NCBI GenBank assembly: GCA_021463515.1
Contig: JAJTYZ010000112.1
Span: 1,764 to 65,763 of the forward strand
Direction: 5' to 3'
Origin: Chthoniobacterales bacterium
GTDB taxonomy: Bacteria > Verrucomicrobiota > Verrucomicrobiia > Chthoniobacterales > JACTMZ01
DNA: 64,000 nucleotides
Part shown: piece by piece, positions 36,479-47,062 of the stretch
Numbering within the stretch: the stretch's first letter is position 1
Layout of the letters: the number at the start of each line of letters is the position of its first letter
Position numbers and translations under genes: made by a program
Notes under the pieces: model-generated
What the model was told of the DNA's origin: nothing
The model's input: only the letters and a program-made list of their open reading frames with translations
The model's database searches: none

Positions 36479-37999
36479 CTAAGCAGACGACTCCGTCGAA
36501 GTTGCATCAGTCACCACCCAACGCATCAACCTTATGAAAATAGAAATCCCCATCGTGATAATTCCCAACAATACGAGCACCACGAAAAATACCGCAAGAC
36601 GTGCCAACAATGCTCCGATTTCATGGGAGCTAGAAATCCCCATCGTGGAATACTCGGCAAAACGACGTGGGATGCTATTCATGCCGCCGAGGTAAAACAT
36701 GAGCAAAAATCCATAAGAGCCGGTGACAAATGTCCAAAACGCCCATCCGGCCTTTGGTCCGCCCTCTTTCCCTGATTGCGGTGCCGTGAGGTAGTAGAGA
36801 AATCCAAGGATAAAAAGCACCACGCCCATGAGCATGTAAGTGTGGAAATGCGCGGGAACCCACAAGGTATTGTGAAGCACTTTATTCACCGCAATCGTAG
36901 AGTCCACCACCGCCGCAATGCCGCCAATCGCCCAGCCAACGGCACCCAAGAAAAAGGACAACGGAATCACTCCCCACTTAATTTTCGAATGATACAGCTG
37001 CGCAATAACGCCAAAAATTGTCACCGCTGTCGCCGGAACCGCACTCATATACGAAGCAAGTTGCCCTGCATACTGAATCGAAATCGGCTGCGCAAAATCC
37101 ATGTAGAGATGATGAAAATAGGCAAACAAGATGAAGAGAAATGTCGCGTTCCAAGCAATCACCGTCACCTTCGTCAATTTCCATGCGCGTCCCGTGAACT
37201 CAGGGAACAGCGTGTAAACCCAACCCACGGCGCAGTAAATCGTGATGTTGACCAAGGTATGGCCAAAGAAAAACAGGATATTTTTCATCATCAGCGGATT
37301 GAATTCCAAACTCGGCTCAAAGAGCTGAAATAAAAACATGATCAAAAAAACCGCACCCGCCAAAAATGCGAGGATGCCGGGAACCAGACTCACCACGCTA
37401 ATTAACGCAATCGGCGGCAGTTCTTCCTCAGGTTCTTTATTCCCTAAATACCGCCAGCCCATAAGCTGAAAAAATCCTCCGTACTCCAAAGACAAAGCCC
37501 GTACAATATGTACGCAACCCACAAGCCACACGACGCCGAGAATGAGGAGAGAAATAAACGTAAGACCCGACGACCATTCCGGCCAACTCGTACCTTTAAA
37601 CGGAAGCGGATAAAGCAAGTACCACCCTGCGGCAAACCCGCCAATGAGCGTCGCCACCACCAACCCAATCACCCCAACGACAACTCCGATAAAGACAAAA
37701 TACCCCACCTTCACGCTCGTTCGCGCAAACCGCGTCCCCACCAAGAAATGCAAGCCCCCCAACGCAAAACTAAACAACAACCCTGCCATCCCCAACCCAT
37801 GCAAAGTCATGATCGCGTAAAAGGTGTTCGGCTGAAGATGTACCAACTCGCCCTGGTTCAACCGCATGAAAAGCCCCAGCCCAATCAACAACGGAAACAA
37901 TACCAAAAGCGTCACGCCCCATGTGACCATCAAGCGTCGTTGCTTCCGAAATTCTTCGGCATCCAAAGGTTTCATGGGTTCTCGTGTTTTATTCGACAT
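36479..37999 (-). CDS. Heme-copper oxidase superfamily subunit I, probable nitric oxide reductase (sNOR/NorY-like)
   Basis: MTLHG, GWYLLYPL, FFGHTLVN (Asn in place of the cross-linked Tyr), YFHHLY, PAHFHTY, PRR. Confidence 0.8.
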   Translation of the reverse strand: MSNKTREPMKPLDAEEFRKQRRLMVTWGVTLLVLFPLLIGLGLFMRLNQGELVHLQPNTFYAIMTLHGLGMAGLLFSFALGGLHFLVGTRFARTSVKVGYFVFIGVVVGVIGLVVATLIGGFAAGWYLLYPLPFKGTSWPEWSSGLTFISLLILGVVWLVGCVHIVRALSLEYGGFFQLMGWRYLGNKEPEEELPPIALISVVSLVPGILAFLAGAVFLIMFLFQLFEPSLEFNPLMMKNILFFFGHTLVNITIYCAVGWVYTLFPEFTGRAWKLTKVTVIAWNATFLFILFAYFHHLYMDFAQPISIQYAGQLASYMSAVPATAVTIFGVIAQLYHSKIKWGVIPLSFFLGAVGWAIGGIAAVVDSTIAVNKVLHNTLWVPAHFHTYMLMGVVLFILGFLYYLTAPQSGKEGGPKAGWAFWTFVTGSYGFLLMFYLGGMNSIPRRFAEYSTMGISSSHEIGALLARLAVFFVVLVLLGIITMGISIFIRLMRWVVTDATSTESSA

Positions 38000-38567
38000 G
38001 AATTTTTCCCGTCATAATTGTGTGTGGTGCCCCGCAGTATTCGAGGCAGAGAATCGGATAATCTCCTTTTTCTCGAAACCGATATTGCAAATCATTGCGA
38101 TAGCCCGGCATGGCCTGCGTCTGCGCCAACAAAACACCTCGATCGTTGTAAATGGAAAAATTGTGATTCACGTCCTCCGACGTCACTTGAAATGTGATCG
38201 GCGTATCCACAGGCAATGTGATTTGATTCGCACCCGTAAAATCCTTGGGCTTCACATCCGTAGAACCTATCCCCATTTTCCACGCCCATTGCATTCCCAC
38301 AACCGTGACAATTTCGCCGGGCTTTTGCTGAAATTCTTCATAGGGCAAAAATCGTAATGTCCAAAAAAGCCCCACCGTCAGCACCACACACAAACCCCAA
38401 AAATAAAATCCGCGTACTTTGTAAACTTTCCCCTTTGCCGCGTATTTATCCTCCGTCCCCACCATCGCCGCACGCATGAGGAAAATCGCGCCAAGGAGAA
38501 TAAAATACACCACCACGATTGTCACGAGCGCGGCGTAAACCTGAGTCGTCATCGCCGCAATCATCAA
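37989..38567 (-). CDS. Heme-copper oxidase subunit II with CuA site (NorS-like)
   Basis: QWAW, DVNHNF, AMPG, CLEYCGAPHTIM. Confidence 0.85.
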   Translation of the reverse strand: MMIAAMTTQVYAALVTIVVVYFILLGAIFLMRAAMVGTEDKYAAKGKVYKVRGFYFWGLCVVLTVGLFWTLRFLPYEEFQQKPGEIVTVVGMQWAWKMGIGSTDVKPKDFTGANQITLPVDTPITFQVTSEDVNHNFSIYNDRGVLLAQTQAMPGYRNDLQYRFREKGDYPILCLEYCGAPHTIMTGKIHVE

Positions 38568-38708
38568 ACACCCTCCTCAGTCACACAAACCCACGCAGTG
38601 CGTTGCCGTAATGTCATAATCCAACTCATATCGTAATATGATATTTTTTGCAACATAAGAGCATCGCTGGCATCGGAGCGGACTCGGCGTTAAGATTGAG
38701 GGTTCGTC

Positions 38709-40856
38709 ATGTCTTTTCGCCTTTCCTCACCTCACGCACCTTGCGGCGACCAAGGGCAGGCTATTGAAAAACTGACGCGCTCGCTCGAAGCTGGCAATCG
38801 TCATCAAACGCTACTCGGCGTCACGGGCTCGGGAAAAACATTTACGGCGGCCAATGTCATTCGCAATCTCGATCGCCCAACGCTCGTCATTTCCCATAAT
38901 AAAACACTCGCGGCGCAGCTTTATTCCGAGTTTAAGCAATTTTTCCCGGACAATGCCGTAGAGTATTTCGTCAGCTATTTCGACTACTACCAACCCGAGG
39001 CGTACATCCCACGCACCGACACGTACATCGAAAAAGATTCCGCCATTAACGAGGAGATTGAGCGTCTGCGCCTTTCGGCTACGAGTTCGCTGCTTTCCCG
39101 TCGTGATGTGCTGATCGTCGCAAGCGTTTCCTGCATCTATGGCTTAGCGTCGCCGGAAGATTATCAGCAAATGCTTTTACCGCTCAAATCCGGCGAGGAC
39201 ATGTCTCGCGAAGCACTTCTCGGACGCCTCGTAGATTTGCTCTACGAGCGCAATGACATTGGTTTTGCTCGTGGAAAGTTTCGCGTTCGCGGGGATGTGG
39301 TGGAAGTTCATCCGGCAAATTTCGATGAGGAAGCCGTGCGCGTGGAGTTTTTTGGCGATACAATTGATCGCCTAAGCCTTTTCGATCCTCTCACCGGTCA
39401 CGTCCTAAAATCTCTACCAGGGCTCACGATTTTTCCTGCAAAGCAATTTGTCACACCACATGAAAAGCTCCGCCGCGCATTAGGCACGATCCGCGTGGAG
39501 CTCGGCGAACGCCTTGCGGAACTTGAGTCACAGGGAAAACTTCTCGAATCCCAACGACTGAAAATTCGCACCGAATTTGATCTCGAAATGATGGAGGAAA
39601 TGGGATTTTGCAGCGGGATTGAAAATTATTCGCGACATCTCAGCGGACGCCTCCCCGGCTCGCGTCCGTTCACCCTGTTAGACTTTTTCCCTCGGGATTT
39701 CCTATGCGTCATTGATGAATCGCATACTTCCATTCCCCAAATTGGTGGCATGTATGCAGGAGACCGTTCGCGCAAGCAAGTGTTGGTAAATCACGGTTTT
39801 CGACTGCCCAGTGCCCTCGATAATCGTCCGTTGAATTTTCCGGAGTTCATGGGCATGACCAACCAGATTTTGTACATGAGCGCAACGCCCGGGGATTTTG
39901 AATTGCGCAATAGCCACGTCGGAAATCACTCATTTCTACCTGCGGTTGACGCGGCGAATCGCCTTTCGATTGAGGAGAGCGCAGCTCTACTTGCACGTGC
40001 TCGAAGTCACTTTGCTGTTTCCGTTTCCAATGCTCCATTGATTGTCGAACAAATCATCCGCCCCACGGGCCTCCTCGACCCCGTCATCACCGTGCGTCCA
40101 CTCGCCAATCAAATTGACGAAACCATCGAACTTTGTCGTCAGCGCATTGAAAAAAATCAGCGTGTTCTCGTCACAACCCTCACCAAACGTACCGCAGAAG
40201 ACCTATCGGATTACCTCCGCGACATTGGCCTTAAAGTTCGCTATCTTCACAGTGACATTGACACCATTGAACGCGTGGAAATTCTTCGCGCTCTTCGCGC
40301 CGGAGAGTTTGATATTCTCGTAGGCATCAACCTTCTTCGTGAAGGACTCGATTTGCCCGAAGTCGGTCTGGTCTGTATTCTTGACGCAGACAAAGAAGGC
40401 TATCTCCGCAGTCAAACATCCCTCATCCAAACCGCCGGACGCGCCGCTCGCCACGTGGATGGAGAAGTCGTGCTTTTTGCCGATAACATGACAAGCAGCA
40501 TCCGTGCTCTCCTCGAGATCAGCGATGATCGGCGGCGGCGACAAATGGAGTACAATGAGAAACACGGCATCATTCCCCGCAGCGTTCAGCGTGCGGTGCA
40601 GGAAAGTCTTCATGTGATTCTTCGCGGAAAACCCGACAAAACGGCCCGCGTGGCGGAGAGCAATTTGTCGCTCTCGGATTTACTCGCGGAGTTGAATCAA
40701 GAAATGGAAGAAGCTTCGTCAGCCTTGGAGTTTGAGCGTGCGGCTCTCCTCCGCGATCAAATTCTCGAACTTAAAGCCAATGCCGGCATTGAAAAAATCT
40801 CTCCCTCCCCTCGTCCGGTGACTTACGGTAAAAAGAAACGCAAACCCAAGTTCTGA
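38709..40856 (+). CDS. uvrB: Excinuclease ABC subunit B
   Basis: [32 protein letters not shown]-terminal UVR domain. Confidence 0.98.
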   Translation: MSFRLSSPHAPCGDQGQAIEKLTRSLEAGNRHQTLLGVTGSGKTFTAANVIRNLDRPTLVISHNKTLAAQLYSEFKQFFPDNAVEYFVSYFDYYQPEAYIPRTDTYIEKDSAINEEIERLRLSATSSLLSRRDVLIVASVSCIYGLASPEDYQQMLLPLKSGEDMSREALLGRLVDLLYERNDIGFARGKFRVRGDVVEVHPANFDEEAVRVEFFGDTIDRLSLFDPLTGHVLKSLPGLTIFPAKQFVTPHEKLRRALGTIRVELGERLAELESQGKLLESQRLKIRTEFDLEMMEEMGFCSGIENYSRHLSGRLPGSRPFTLLDFFPRDFLCVIDESHTSIPQIGGMYAGDRSRKQVLVNHGFRLPSALDNRPLNFPEFMGMTNQILYMSATPGDFELRNSHVGNHSFLPAVDAANRLSIEESAALLARARSHFAVSVSNAPLIVEQIIRPTGLLDPVITVRPLANQIDETIELCRQRIEKNQRVLVTTLTKRTAEDLSDYLRDIGLKVRYLHSDIDTIERVEILRALRAGEFDILVGINLLREGLDLPEVGLVCILDADKEGYLRSQTSLIQTAGRAARHVDGEVVLFADNMTSSIRALLEISDDRRRRQMEYNEKHGIIPRSVQRAVQESLHVILRGKPDKTARVAESNLSLSDLLAELNQEMEEASSALEFERAALLRDQILELKANAGIEKISPSPRPVTYGKKKRKPKF

Positions 40857-40860
40857 CATC

Positions 40861-42024
40861 ATGCCTCCCGCAAAAGCCAAAAAAACCGTCACCAAAGCTG
40901 CTCCTGCAGTATCATCCGCCATTCACGTCGTGGCCGGGAATGATGAGATGGCCGTTAAAAATCGCGCTCTCGAACTTTCGACAAAACTTACACCGGGCGA
41001 TGGCGGAGAATTTTCAGCGGAGATTCTCGATGCTCATGCAGACAATGCAGAACACGCCGGCTCTATTATTCGTGAGGCCATTCTCTCACTCAGTATGCCC
41101 GGATTTCTCGCCTCCGAAAAACTCGTCTGGCTCAAAAACATCAACTTCCTTGCGGACACCCAACTTGGCGGAAGTAAGTCAGTTCTCGAAGCACTCGAAG
41201 AGCTCCAACAATTTCTTACCGGCGGCCTTCCCGAAGGCACGCGCCTCCTGTGCAGTGCCATCAATCCTGACAAGCGTCGCGTCTTTTACAAATTCCTCAC
41301 CAAACTTGGCAGTACAGAAGTTCTCGATAAGCCTGCCACCAGCCCCCGCTTTAGCGAAGATGATGCGGCTCGCCAAGTGGCTTCTACAGCGGCTCGCGAG
41401 CGTAATTTGCATTTTACTCCGGATGCACTCGAGCGCTTTGCGGCTTACGTGGGATCAGACACGCGTCAGGTGCTCAATGAGCTGGATAAAATTGACACGT
41501 ACCTCGGGAGCGAGCGGCGGAAAATCAATGAGGACGACATTTCTCTCCTCGTTCCGGAAACGCGGCGCGGCATCATTTTTGAACTCGGCAATTGTCTTGC
41601 TCGTCGCAATCTCAAAACAGCCAGTCGCTGCCTGCAAAAACTGCTCGCGCAAGGCGAAGAACCCGTCGGCCTTCTCTACGCTGTCATCGCCCCTACGATT
41701 CAACGTCTTCTCGCTGCCGCCGTACTCATCGAACAATACGGCCTCCGCGTCACTCCAAGCTACCCTGCTTTCCAATCGGCCCTCGAACGCCTTCCTGTCG
41801 AAGCAGCCGATATTGTCCCGCGTAAAAAGGATGGAACCCTTAATGCTTATGGCTTTTATAAAACCGCCGAAGAAGCGGGGCGTTTTACAGCACGTGAACT
41901 TGGAGCGGCAACCATTGCGTGTGCCAATGCCGCAACGGCCATCATGACCACCGGTTCCGATCCCGCCCTCATCCTCCAACAGCTCCTCGTGCGTATTTTA
42001 TCGAAAAAGTCTAAGGAATCCTAA
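40861..42024 (+). CDS. holA: DNA polymerase III delta subunit
   Basis: LVWLKN, DKRR, GSDTRQVLNELDKIDTY, IFEL. Confidence 0.85.
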   Translation: MPPAKAKKTVTKAAPAVSSAIHVVAGNDEMAVKNRALELSTKLTPGDGGEFSAEILDAHADNAEHAGSIIREAILSLSMPGFLASEKLVWLKNINFLADTQLGGSKSVLEALEELQQFLTGGLPEGTRLLCSAINPDKRRVFYKFLTKLGSTEVLDKPATSPRFSEDDAARQVASTAARERNLHFTPDALERFAAYVGSDTRQVLNELDKIDTYLGSERRKINEDDISLLVPETRRGIIFELGNCLARRNLKTASRCLQKLLAQGEEPVGLLYAVIAPTIQRLLAAAVLIEQYGLRVTPSYPAFQSALERLPVEAADIVPRKKDGTLNAYGFYKTAEEAGRFTARELGAATIACANAATAIMTTGSDPALILQQLLVRILSKKSKES

Positions 42025-42928
42025 GAACCATCCCAGGCTTAAGCTTCGTGGGGTCGGGAAGGACGTCTTTATTTGCCTCTGCAATTTTAGGCCATTGACT
42101 CGACTTATTGTAATACTTGCGTGCAATTCCGGCGAGTGTGTCGCCTCTTGCCACCGTATGCGAACGCTCCTTTGCCGGAGGTACAACGGCGGATGTCGCA
42201 GGGCTCGGAGCAGTTGCTCCCGGCATGATGAGCTGAACATTCGCCGTGGATGCAGCATCCGTGGCCAGCGCGGAATTGACAGGGCGGGCTGCCGAGGGAA
42301 TCACAGCAACAGCGCGTCGCACTTCGGGCTCCGGTGCAGCAACGGCAGGTGCCGGCGGCGGCGTTGCGGCAACGACCATCGCAGGAGGTGCGGCAGGTGC
42401 GACGGAGCGAGTGGCAAGAAAAGTTTTCTCTGCACTTTTATCCCCTGACTTTTGCTCTCGCTTTAATTCGGCAACTTGCTTTTGCAATTCCAGATTTTCA
42501 TTTTTAAGCCGCGCTGCCTCACGAGCAGGAATCACCGAACCGTCCGCTAGATTGGACACAATGGCTAACCGCAAACGCGTCGCATACGTCTTCACATCCG
42601 TCGCAAATTGACCCTGCGGCGCAAGCTCCAAATAACGTTCAAAATGATGCAAGGCGGCTACGGGATTTTTCAGCTGATCCTCATACAAAAGTCCGAGCCG
42701 ATAATGGGCTTCGGCCGAAAGCATCGTCCCATCCAACGCCGATTCGTAATACTGCACCGCACGTTGCACTTCGCCGCGCGATACCGCGTCATTGCCCTCG
42801 CGAAGGTTGCGGCTTGTTTGCGAAACCGTGAGAAGATCGCAACCCGAGAAAAAAATCATCGTCACAACCGAAACCGTGGCGTACTGGAGAATCCGTATGC
42901 TTGCTGCTGGTTTGTTCATGCGAGGCAT
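42011..42928 (-). CDS. TPR + LysM domain protein (possible lipoprotein)
   Basis: FSGC lipobox, AEAHYRLGLLY TPR, Ala/Pro linker, HTVARGDTLAGIA..LKPGMVLRIP. Confidence 0.88.
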   Translation of the reverse strand: MPRMNKPAASIRILQYATVSVVTMIFFSGCDLLTVSQTSRNLREGNDAVSRGEVQRAVQYYESALDGTMLSAEAHYRLGLLYEDQLKNPVAALHHFERYLELAPQGQFATDVKTYATRLRLAIVSNLADGSVIPAREAARLKNENLELQKQVAELKREQKSGDKSAEKTFLATRSVAPAAPPAMVVAATPPPAPAVAAPEPEVRRAVAVIPSAARPVNSALATDAASTANVQLIMPGATAPSPATSAVVPPAKERSHTVARGDTLAGIARKYYNKSSQWPKIAEANKDVLPDPTKLKPGMVLRIP

Positions 42929-42943
42929 GATAAACCTCCTCGC

Positions 42944-43498
42944 ATGTCAGGCAAGGCTGTCATCACAACGTTGACCATTCTCTCATTGGCCCTCGGCGCT
43001 TGCACCAAGGTACATGAGTCTTCCGCGCCACCCCAATCCTCCCCAGTGCCTGCTGCAAAAATCACACCAGCAAAAAATCCTGGCACCAAACCTGCACCTC
43101 GCCCAACAACAGCCAAGCCATCACGGCGCACAAATACGACATCAGCACCATCCCGTCCCATGACACCGGCCGTCAAAAAAGTTACGCCCTCGTCCAACAC
43201 TCCCTACGATGACCTTCTCCCACTCCTCAAAGGCAACGCCTCGTGGAATACCTATGGTCACGATCTCACCGTCACCAATGGGGCGAACCCCCCCGTTCCC
43301 ATTTTTCGCCAAGCCATCGTCCTCGCCGCCGTTCGCGCCACGCTTGCGGACTCACCCGTGGAGCCAACAGCCGAATTCTTAAAAGGCACACTCACCCTCA
43401 AATTTAATCACGGCACCAGTCGAGAAATCGCCGCGGATATCAATCGAACCCTCAAAGTTCCCGAAGTTAGTACCCTTTGTATTCTTCTCGGGAGTTGA
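42944..43498 (+). CDS. Putative lipoprotein, Pro/Thr-rich
   Basis: MSGKAVITTLTILSLALGAC lipobox. Confidence 0.6.
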   Translation: MSGKAVITTLTILSLALGACTKVHESSAPPQSSPVPAAKITPAKNPGTKPAPRPTTAKPSRRTNTTSAPSRPMTPAVKKVTPSSNTPYDDLLPLLKGNASWNTYGHDLTVTNGANPPVPIFRQAIVLAAVRATLADSPVEPTAEFLKGTLTLKFNHGTSREIAADINRTLKVPEVSTLCILLGS

Positions 43499-43523
43499 TC
43501 CCTCGCCTTCGTTCGGGTGCAAA

Positions 43524-43694
43524 GGGTACCGCGCCCACCTCGGGTGCCGTTTCCCGCGCCCTCGCGGGAAACATCGAAAAAATTAACAAGTCACTGAAAA
43601 AAATCTTAGTTTGCAGGAGTTCGTATTTCCATCACAGGCGAACCGGAGCCGAAGGCGGAGATGGCTCTTAGGCAACCGCCTGTGCCCCCTGATT
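43524..43694. repeat. Composite REP-like element between convergent genes
   Basis: Family A copy 43524..43574 with perfect gtttcccgcg/cgcgggaaac stem; family B copy 43631..43694 with an enlarged loop. Confidence 0.75.
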
Positions 43695-43710
43695 TTTTTC
43701 TTTGGTGGTG

Positions 43711-46293
43711 TTATTCTTCTGCTTCCGCTTCCGTTTCCGCTTCGTCTTCCTGATCCTGACTTACAACGCGGGCCATGGCTTGAAGTTTCTCGCCTTCGTT
43801 AAGTCCGATAAGACGCACTCCCTGCGCATTACGTCCTGTCATGCGAATCTCCGCGACACGCGTGCGGACGCTTTGGCCGCCGGATGTGATGAGCATAATT
43901 TCATCATTACCACGCACGCTTAAAGCACCCACGACATCACCGGTTTTATCGGTAACTTTCATGGTGATGATTCCTTTACCGCCGCGACCTTGCAGGCGGT
44001 ATTCGTCAAATTCGGTGCGTTTCCCTACGCCATTGGCACCGGCAACGAGTAAGGTGGCATCGGGAACAACGAGAGCAGCACCAATCACAAAGTCGCCCTT
44101 CGACGGGCGAATTCCCCACACGCCGGTCGCGGTACGGCCCATGTCGCGAATGTCTTCCTCGCTGAAACGAATGCTCATGCCGTCTTTGGTAATAAGGACT
44201 ACTTCGTTTTGGCCATCGGTCATGAGCGCATCAATGAGCACATCACCTTCCTCGATGTTAATGGCAATGATCCCGCCCTTGCGGATATTTCGATAGGCAG
44301 AGAGGTTTGTTTTCTTAATCGTGCCGGAGCGTGTGGCAAAAAGAATGTGTAGATTCTCATCCCACGTTTCGTCTTTGTCGGCACCTGTCTTCGCGGTGAT
44401 ACGAAGGACAGCAGCAATTTCTTCACCGGGTTTAAACTCCAACAAATTGGCAATAGATCGCCCTTTGGCAGCGCGTCCCATTTCGGGAATGTTGTAAGCC
44501 TTTTCCACATAACAACGACCTTTTTTCGTGAAGAATACAAGGTAGTCGTGCGTGCTGGCTGTGAAGAGATGCTCCACAAAATCATCTTCCTCATTTTCCG
44601 CCCGTGCCTCGCGCGTTTGCATGCCAATGACCCCTTTGCCCCCGCGTTTTTGGGCGCGATAAGCACTCACAGCGGTGCGCTTGATGAAGCCGCGATGGGT
44701 GACGGTAATGATACATCCTTCGTTGGTGATGAGGTCTTCAATGTTGATCTCACCCTCGTCGGGAACGATCTCGGTGAGGCGTGGGCCGGCGTGTTTGCTT
44801 TTGATTTCACGCAGCTCGGATTTGATAATTTCTAACACGCGCTCTTCGCGAGCAAGGATATCAAGCAAGTCCGCAATCGTAGAAAGGAGTGCCGTGTATT
44901 CTGCCAAAACCTTGTCGCTTTCGAGGCCGGTAAGTTGGTAGAGACGCAGCTCAAGGATGTCATCCACCTGCTGCTCCGTGAGCAAGTATTCCCCATCGGT
45001 GAGACGCGCTTCGTTGCGGATTTTAATGCCAAATTTTTCCACTTGTTTACGAGTGAATTCAAAGGCGAGAAGTTTAACTTTGGCCTCCTCGCGATTTTTG
45101 GAATTACGAATGATGCGGATAAACTCATCAAGATTGGCGAGCGCAATGAGAAATGCCTCGAGTTTTTCCGCCCGCACTTCCGCCTCACCAAGCAAGTGCC
45201 GCGTGCGACGCAAAACAACTTCGCGACGATGCTCGATGTAACAAGCAATGGCGCCTTTAAGCGAAAGCAATTTCGGCTTGCCATGGTCAATGGCCAACAT
45301 CGTGGTGGAAAACGAACTCTCAAGCGTCGTGTACTTGTACAGATTGTTAATGACAACCTTCGGATTGGCGTCGCGCTTTAGCTCAACGACGACGCGGGTG
45401 TTTTCATCGGACTCATCGCGAATGGCGCTGATGTCGGTGATGGTCTTTTGATTCACCAAATCCGCGATGCGCTCGACGAGCGTGGCGCGATTGACATTGT
45501 AAGGAATCTCGGTGATGACGATTTGCTCGCGATTGCCTTTGAGTTCTTCGACGCCGGCTTTACCACGCACCTTCACGGAACCGCGTCCGGTTTCGAGATA
45601 TTGCCGAATCCCCGCGACGCCGCATATATGGCAGCCTGTGGGAAAATCCGGCCCCTTAACATGCTTCATCAGCCCCTCGAGTGTGATGTCGGGTTTGTCA
45701 ATTTGTGCGCAAATGGCATCAATCACTTCACCAAGATTGTGCGGCGGCATATTGGTCGCCATACCAACCGCAATGCCCGTGCCACCATTTACGAGAAGAT
45801 TCGGAAATGCCGCAGGAAAAACGACGGGCTCCGTCAGGCGTTCATCGTAATTGGGAACAAAATCCACCGTGGATTTATCCATATCCGCCATGAGTGCCGT
45901 ACCAAGATGCGTGAGGCGTGCCTCGGTATAACGCATGGCCGCCGGAGGATCGCCTTCCACCGAACCAAAGTTGCCTTGCCCATCCACAAGCGTCTCCCGC
46001 GTTGCCCAACTTTGCGCCATGTGAACCAACGTAGGATAAATGACAGCTTCGCCGTGCGGGTGATAGTTACCGCTGGTGTCACCGCAAATTTTGGCGCACT
46101 TGATATGCTGCCTCCCGGGGAAAAGCCGCAGATCGTGCATCGCGTAAAGAATGCGGCGCTGCGCAGGCTTAAGACCATCACGCGCATCGGGGAGAGCACG
46201 CGAAATGATAACGGACATGGAGTAGTCGAGAAAGGAGCGAGACATCTCCTCCGCGACATCAATAGGTTCGACTTTTTCGTTCTGTGTGTACAC
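43711..46293 (-). CDS. gyrA: DNA gyrase subunit A
   Basis: RALPDARDGLKP, YHPHGE, AAMRYTE, GyrA-box QKRGGKG, pinwheel repeats. Confidence 0.95.
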   Translation of the reverse strand: MYTQNEKVEPIDVAEEMSRSFLDYSMSVIISRALPDARDGLKPAQRRILYAMHDLRLFPGRQHIKCAKICGDTSGNYHPHGEAVIYPTLVHMAQSWATRETLVDGQGNFGSVEGDPPAAMRYTEARLTHLGTALMADMDKSTVDFVPNYDERLTEPVVFPAAFPNLLVNGGTGIAVGMATNMPPHNLGEVIDAICAQIDKPDITLEGLMKHVKGPDFPTGCHICGVAGIRQYLETGRGSVKVRGKAGVEELKGNREQIVITEIPYNVNRATLVERIADLVNQKTITDISAIRDESDENTRVVVELKRDANPKVVINNLYKYTTLESSFSTTMLAIDHGKPKLLSLKGAIACYIEHRREVVLRRTRHLLGEAEVRAEKLEAFLIALANLDEFIRIIRNSKNREEAKVKLLAFEFTRKQVEKFGIKIRNEARLTDGEYLLTEQQVDDILELRLYQLTGLESDKVLAEYTALLSTIADLLDILAREERVLEIIKSELREIKSKHAGPRLTEIVPDEGEINIEDLITNEGCIITVTHRGFIKRTAVSAYRAQKRGGKGVIGMQTREARAENEEDDFVEHLFTASTHDYLVFFTKKGRCYVEKAYNIPEMGRAAKGRSIANLLEFKPGEEIAAVLRITAKTGADKDETWDENLHILFATRSGTIKKTNLSAYRNIRKGGIIAINIEEGDVLIDALMTDGQNEVVLITKDGMSIRFSEEDIRDMGRTATGVWGIRPSKGDFVIGAALVVPDATLLVAGANGVGKRTEFDEYRLQGRGGKGIITMKVTDKTGDVVGALSVRGNDEIMLITSGGQSVRTRVAEIRMTGRNAQGVRLIGLNEGEKLQAMARVVSQDQEDEAETEAEAEE

Positions 46294-46451
46294 GTAAAAC
46301 TTCCTTGTTGGCGGCGACGGAATCGTTACCGCGTTGACCTTGTATCATGACCGCACCCGCTGCGTCATGCCAGTGGAAACATTCGGCAAAGTGCAATTTT
46401 TCACTTACACCGCTCTCACAATAAGAGTCAAGGCTCTGCGAAAACGAAGGA

Positions 46452-46880
46452 CTACTCCCGCTCGCGCATGAACTCCTTGTGGCCGTCGCGACGGGATTGA
46501 TTAAGGACGCTCATTTGCTTGCGAGCGGCATCCCATTTCCCTGCGCTAATAAGCTCCGCAAGCTCGTCAATTTCGGCAACCAAATGCTCGATGGACTTTT
46601 TATAGTCGGCCACAAACGCGGCACGTTTTGCCTCGGGAATGTCCGCTGTTTTTGCAGGCTCCAAAGCCCCCGCCGCCACCGCGGCCTCGCGTAATTTCGC
46701 GACGTGTTTGAGATTCTCCGTTTTGTCAGGCTGAGAGGCTTCGATTAAATCCGCCTTCAAATCCTTCGTCGCCTGCTTCATCACCTTCATCTTTTTTTCC
46801 AAAGGCGTCGCGTGCAGCGGCAGCGCAGGAATGAAAACCAAGAGACTAAGAAAAAGGGCGAAGCGAAGAGTTGAGTTCAT
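46452..46880 (-). CDS. Cytochrome b562-like periplasmic helical protein
   Basis: Signal peptide, N-terminal LEKKMKVM and C-terminal GHKEF giving a Met/His ligand pattern. Confidence 0.65.
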   Translation of the reverse strand: MNSTLRFALFLSLLVFIPALPLHATPLEKKMKVMKQATKDLKADLIEASQPDKTENLKHVAKLREAAVAAGALEPAKTADIPEAKRAAFVADYKKSIEHLVAEIDELAELISAGKWDAARKQMSVLNQSRRDGHKEFMRERE

Positions 46881-47062
46881 GCGCCGATGGTATCCGCTGG
46901 CCTTCGCAGTTTGTCAAGCCACACGACTTTCAATTTTACCACGCTCATTCACCCCATACGATTTCTCCAAATCGCATCCTAAAGTTTTTCCAAAAATTTC
47001 ATTTTTTTCCTTGCCCCGAAATTATTCACCTCCTAACCTCCCCCACAACGTCCAACCTCTCT

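Noticed and set aside
40940-41947. 335-aa ORF overlapping holA
   Set aside because: Alternative frame, Ser/Pro/Arg-rich, no motif support.
43711-46293. gyrA without adjacent gyrB, or possible parC
   Set aside because: A GyrA-box is present and separated gyrA/gyrB is common; not unusual.
45448-46350. 300-aa ORF antisense to gyrA
   Set aside because: Typical antisense shadow of a conserved gene.
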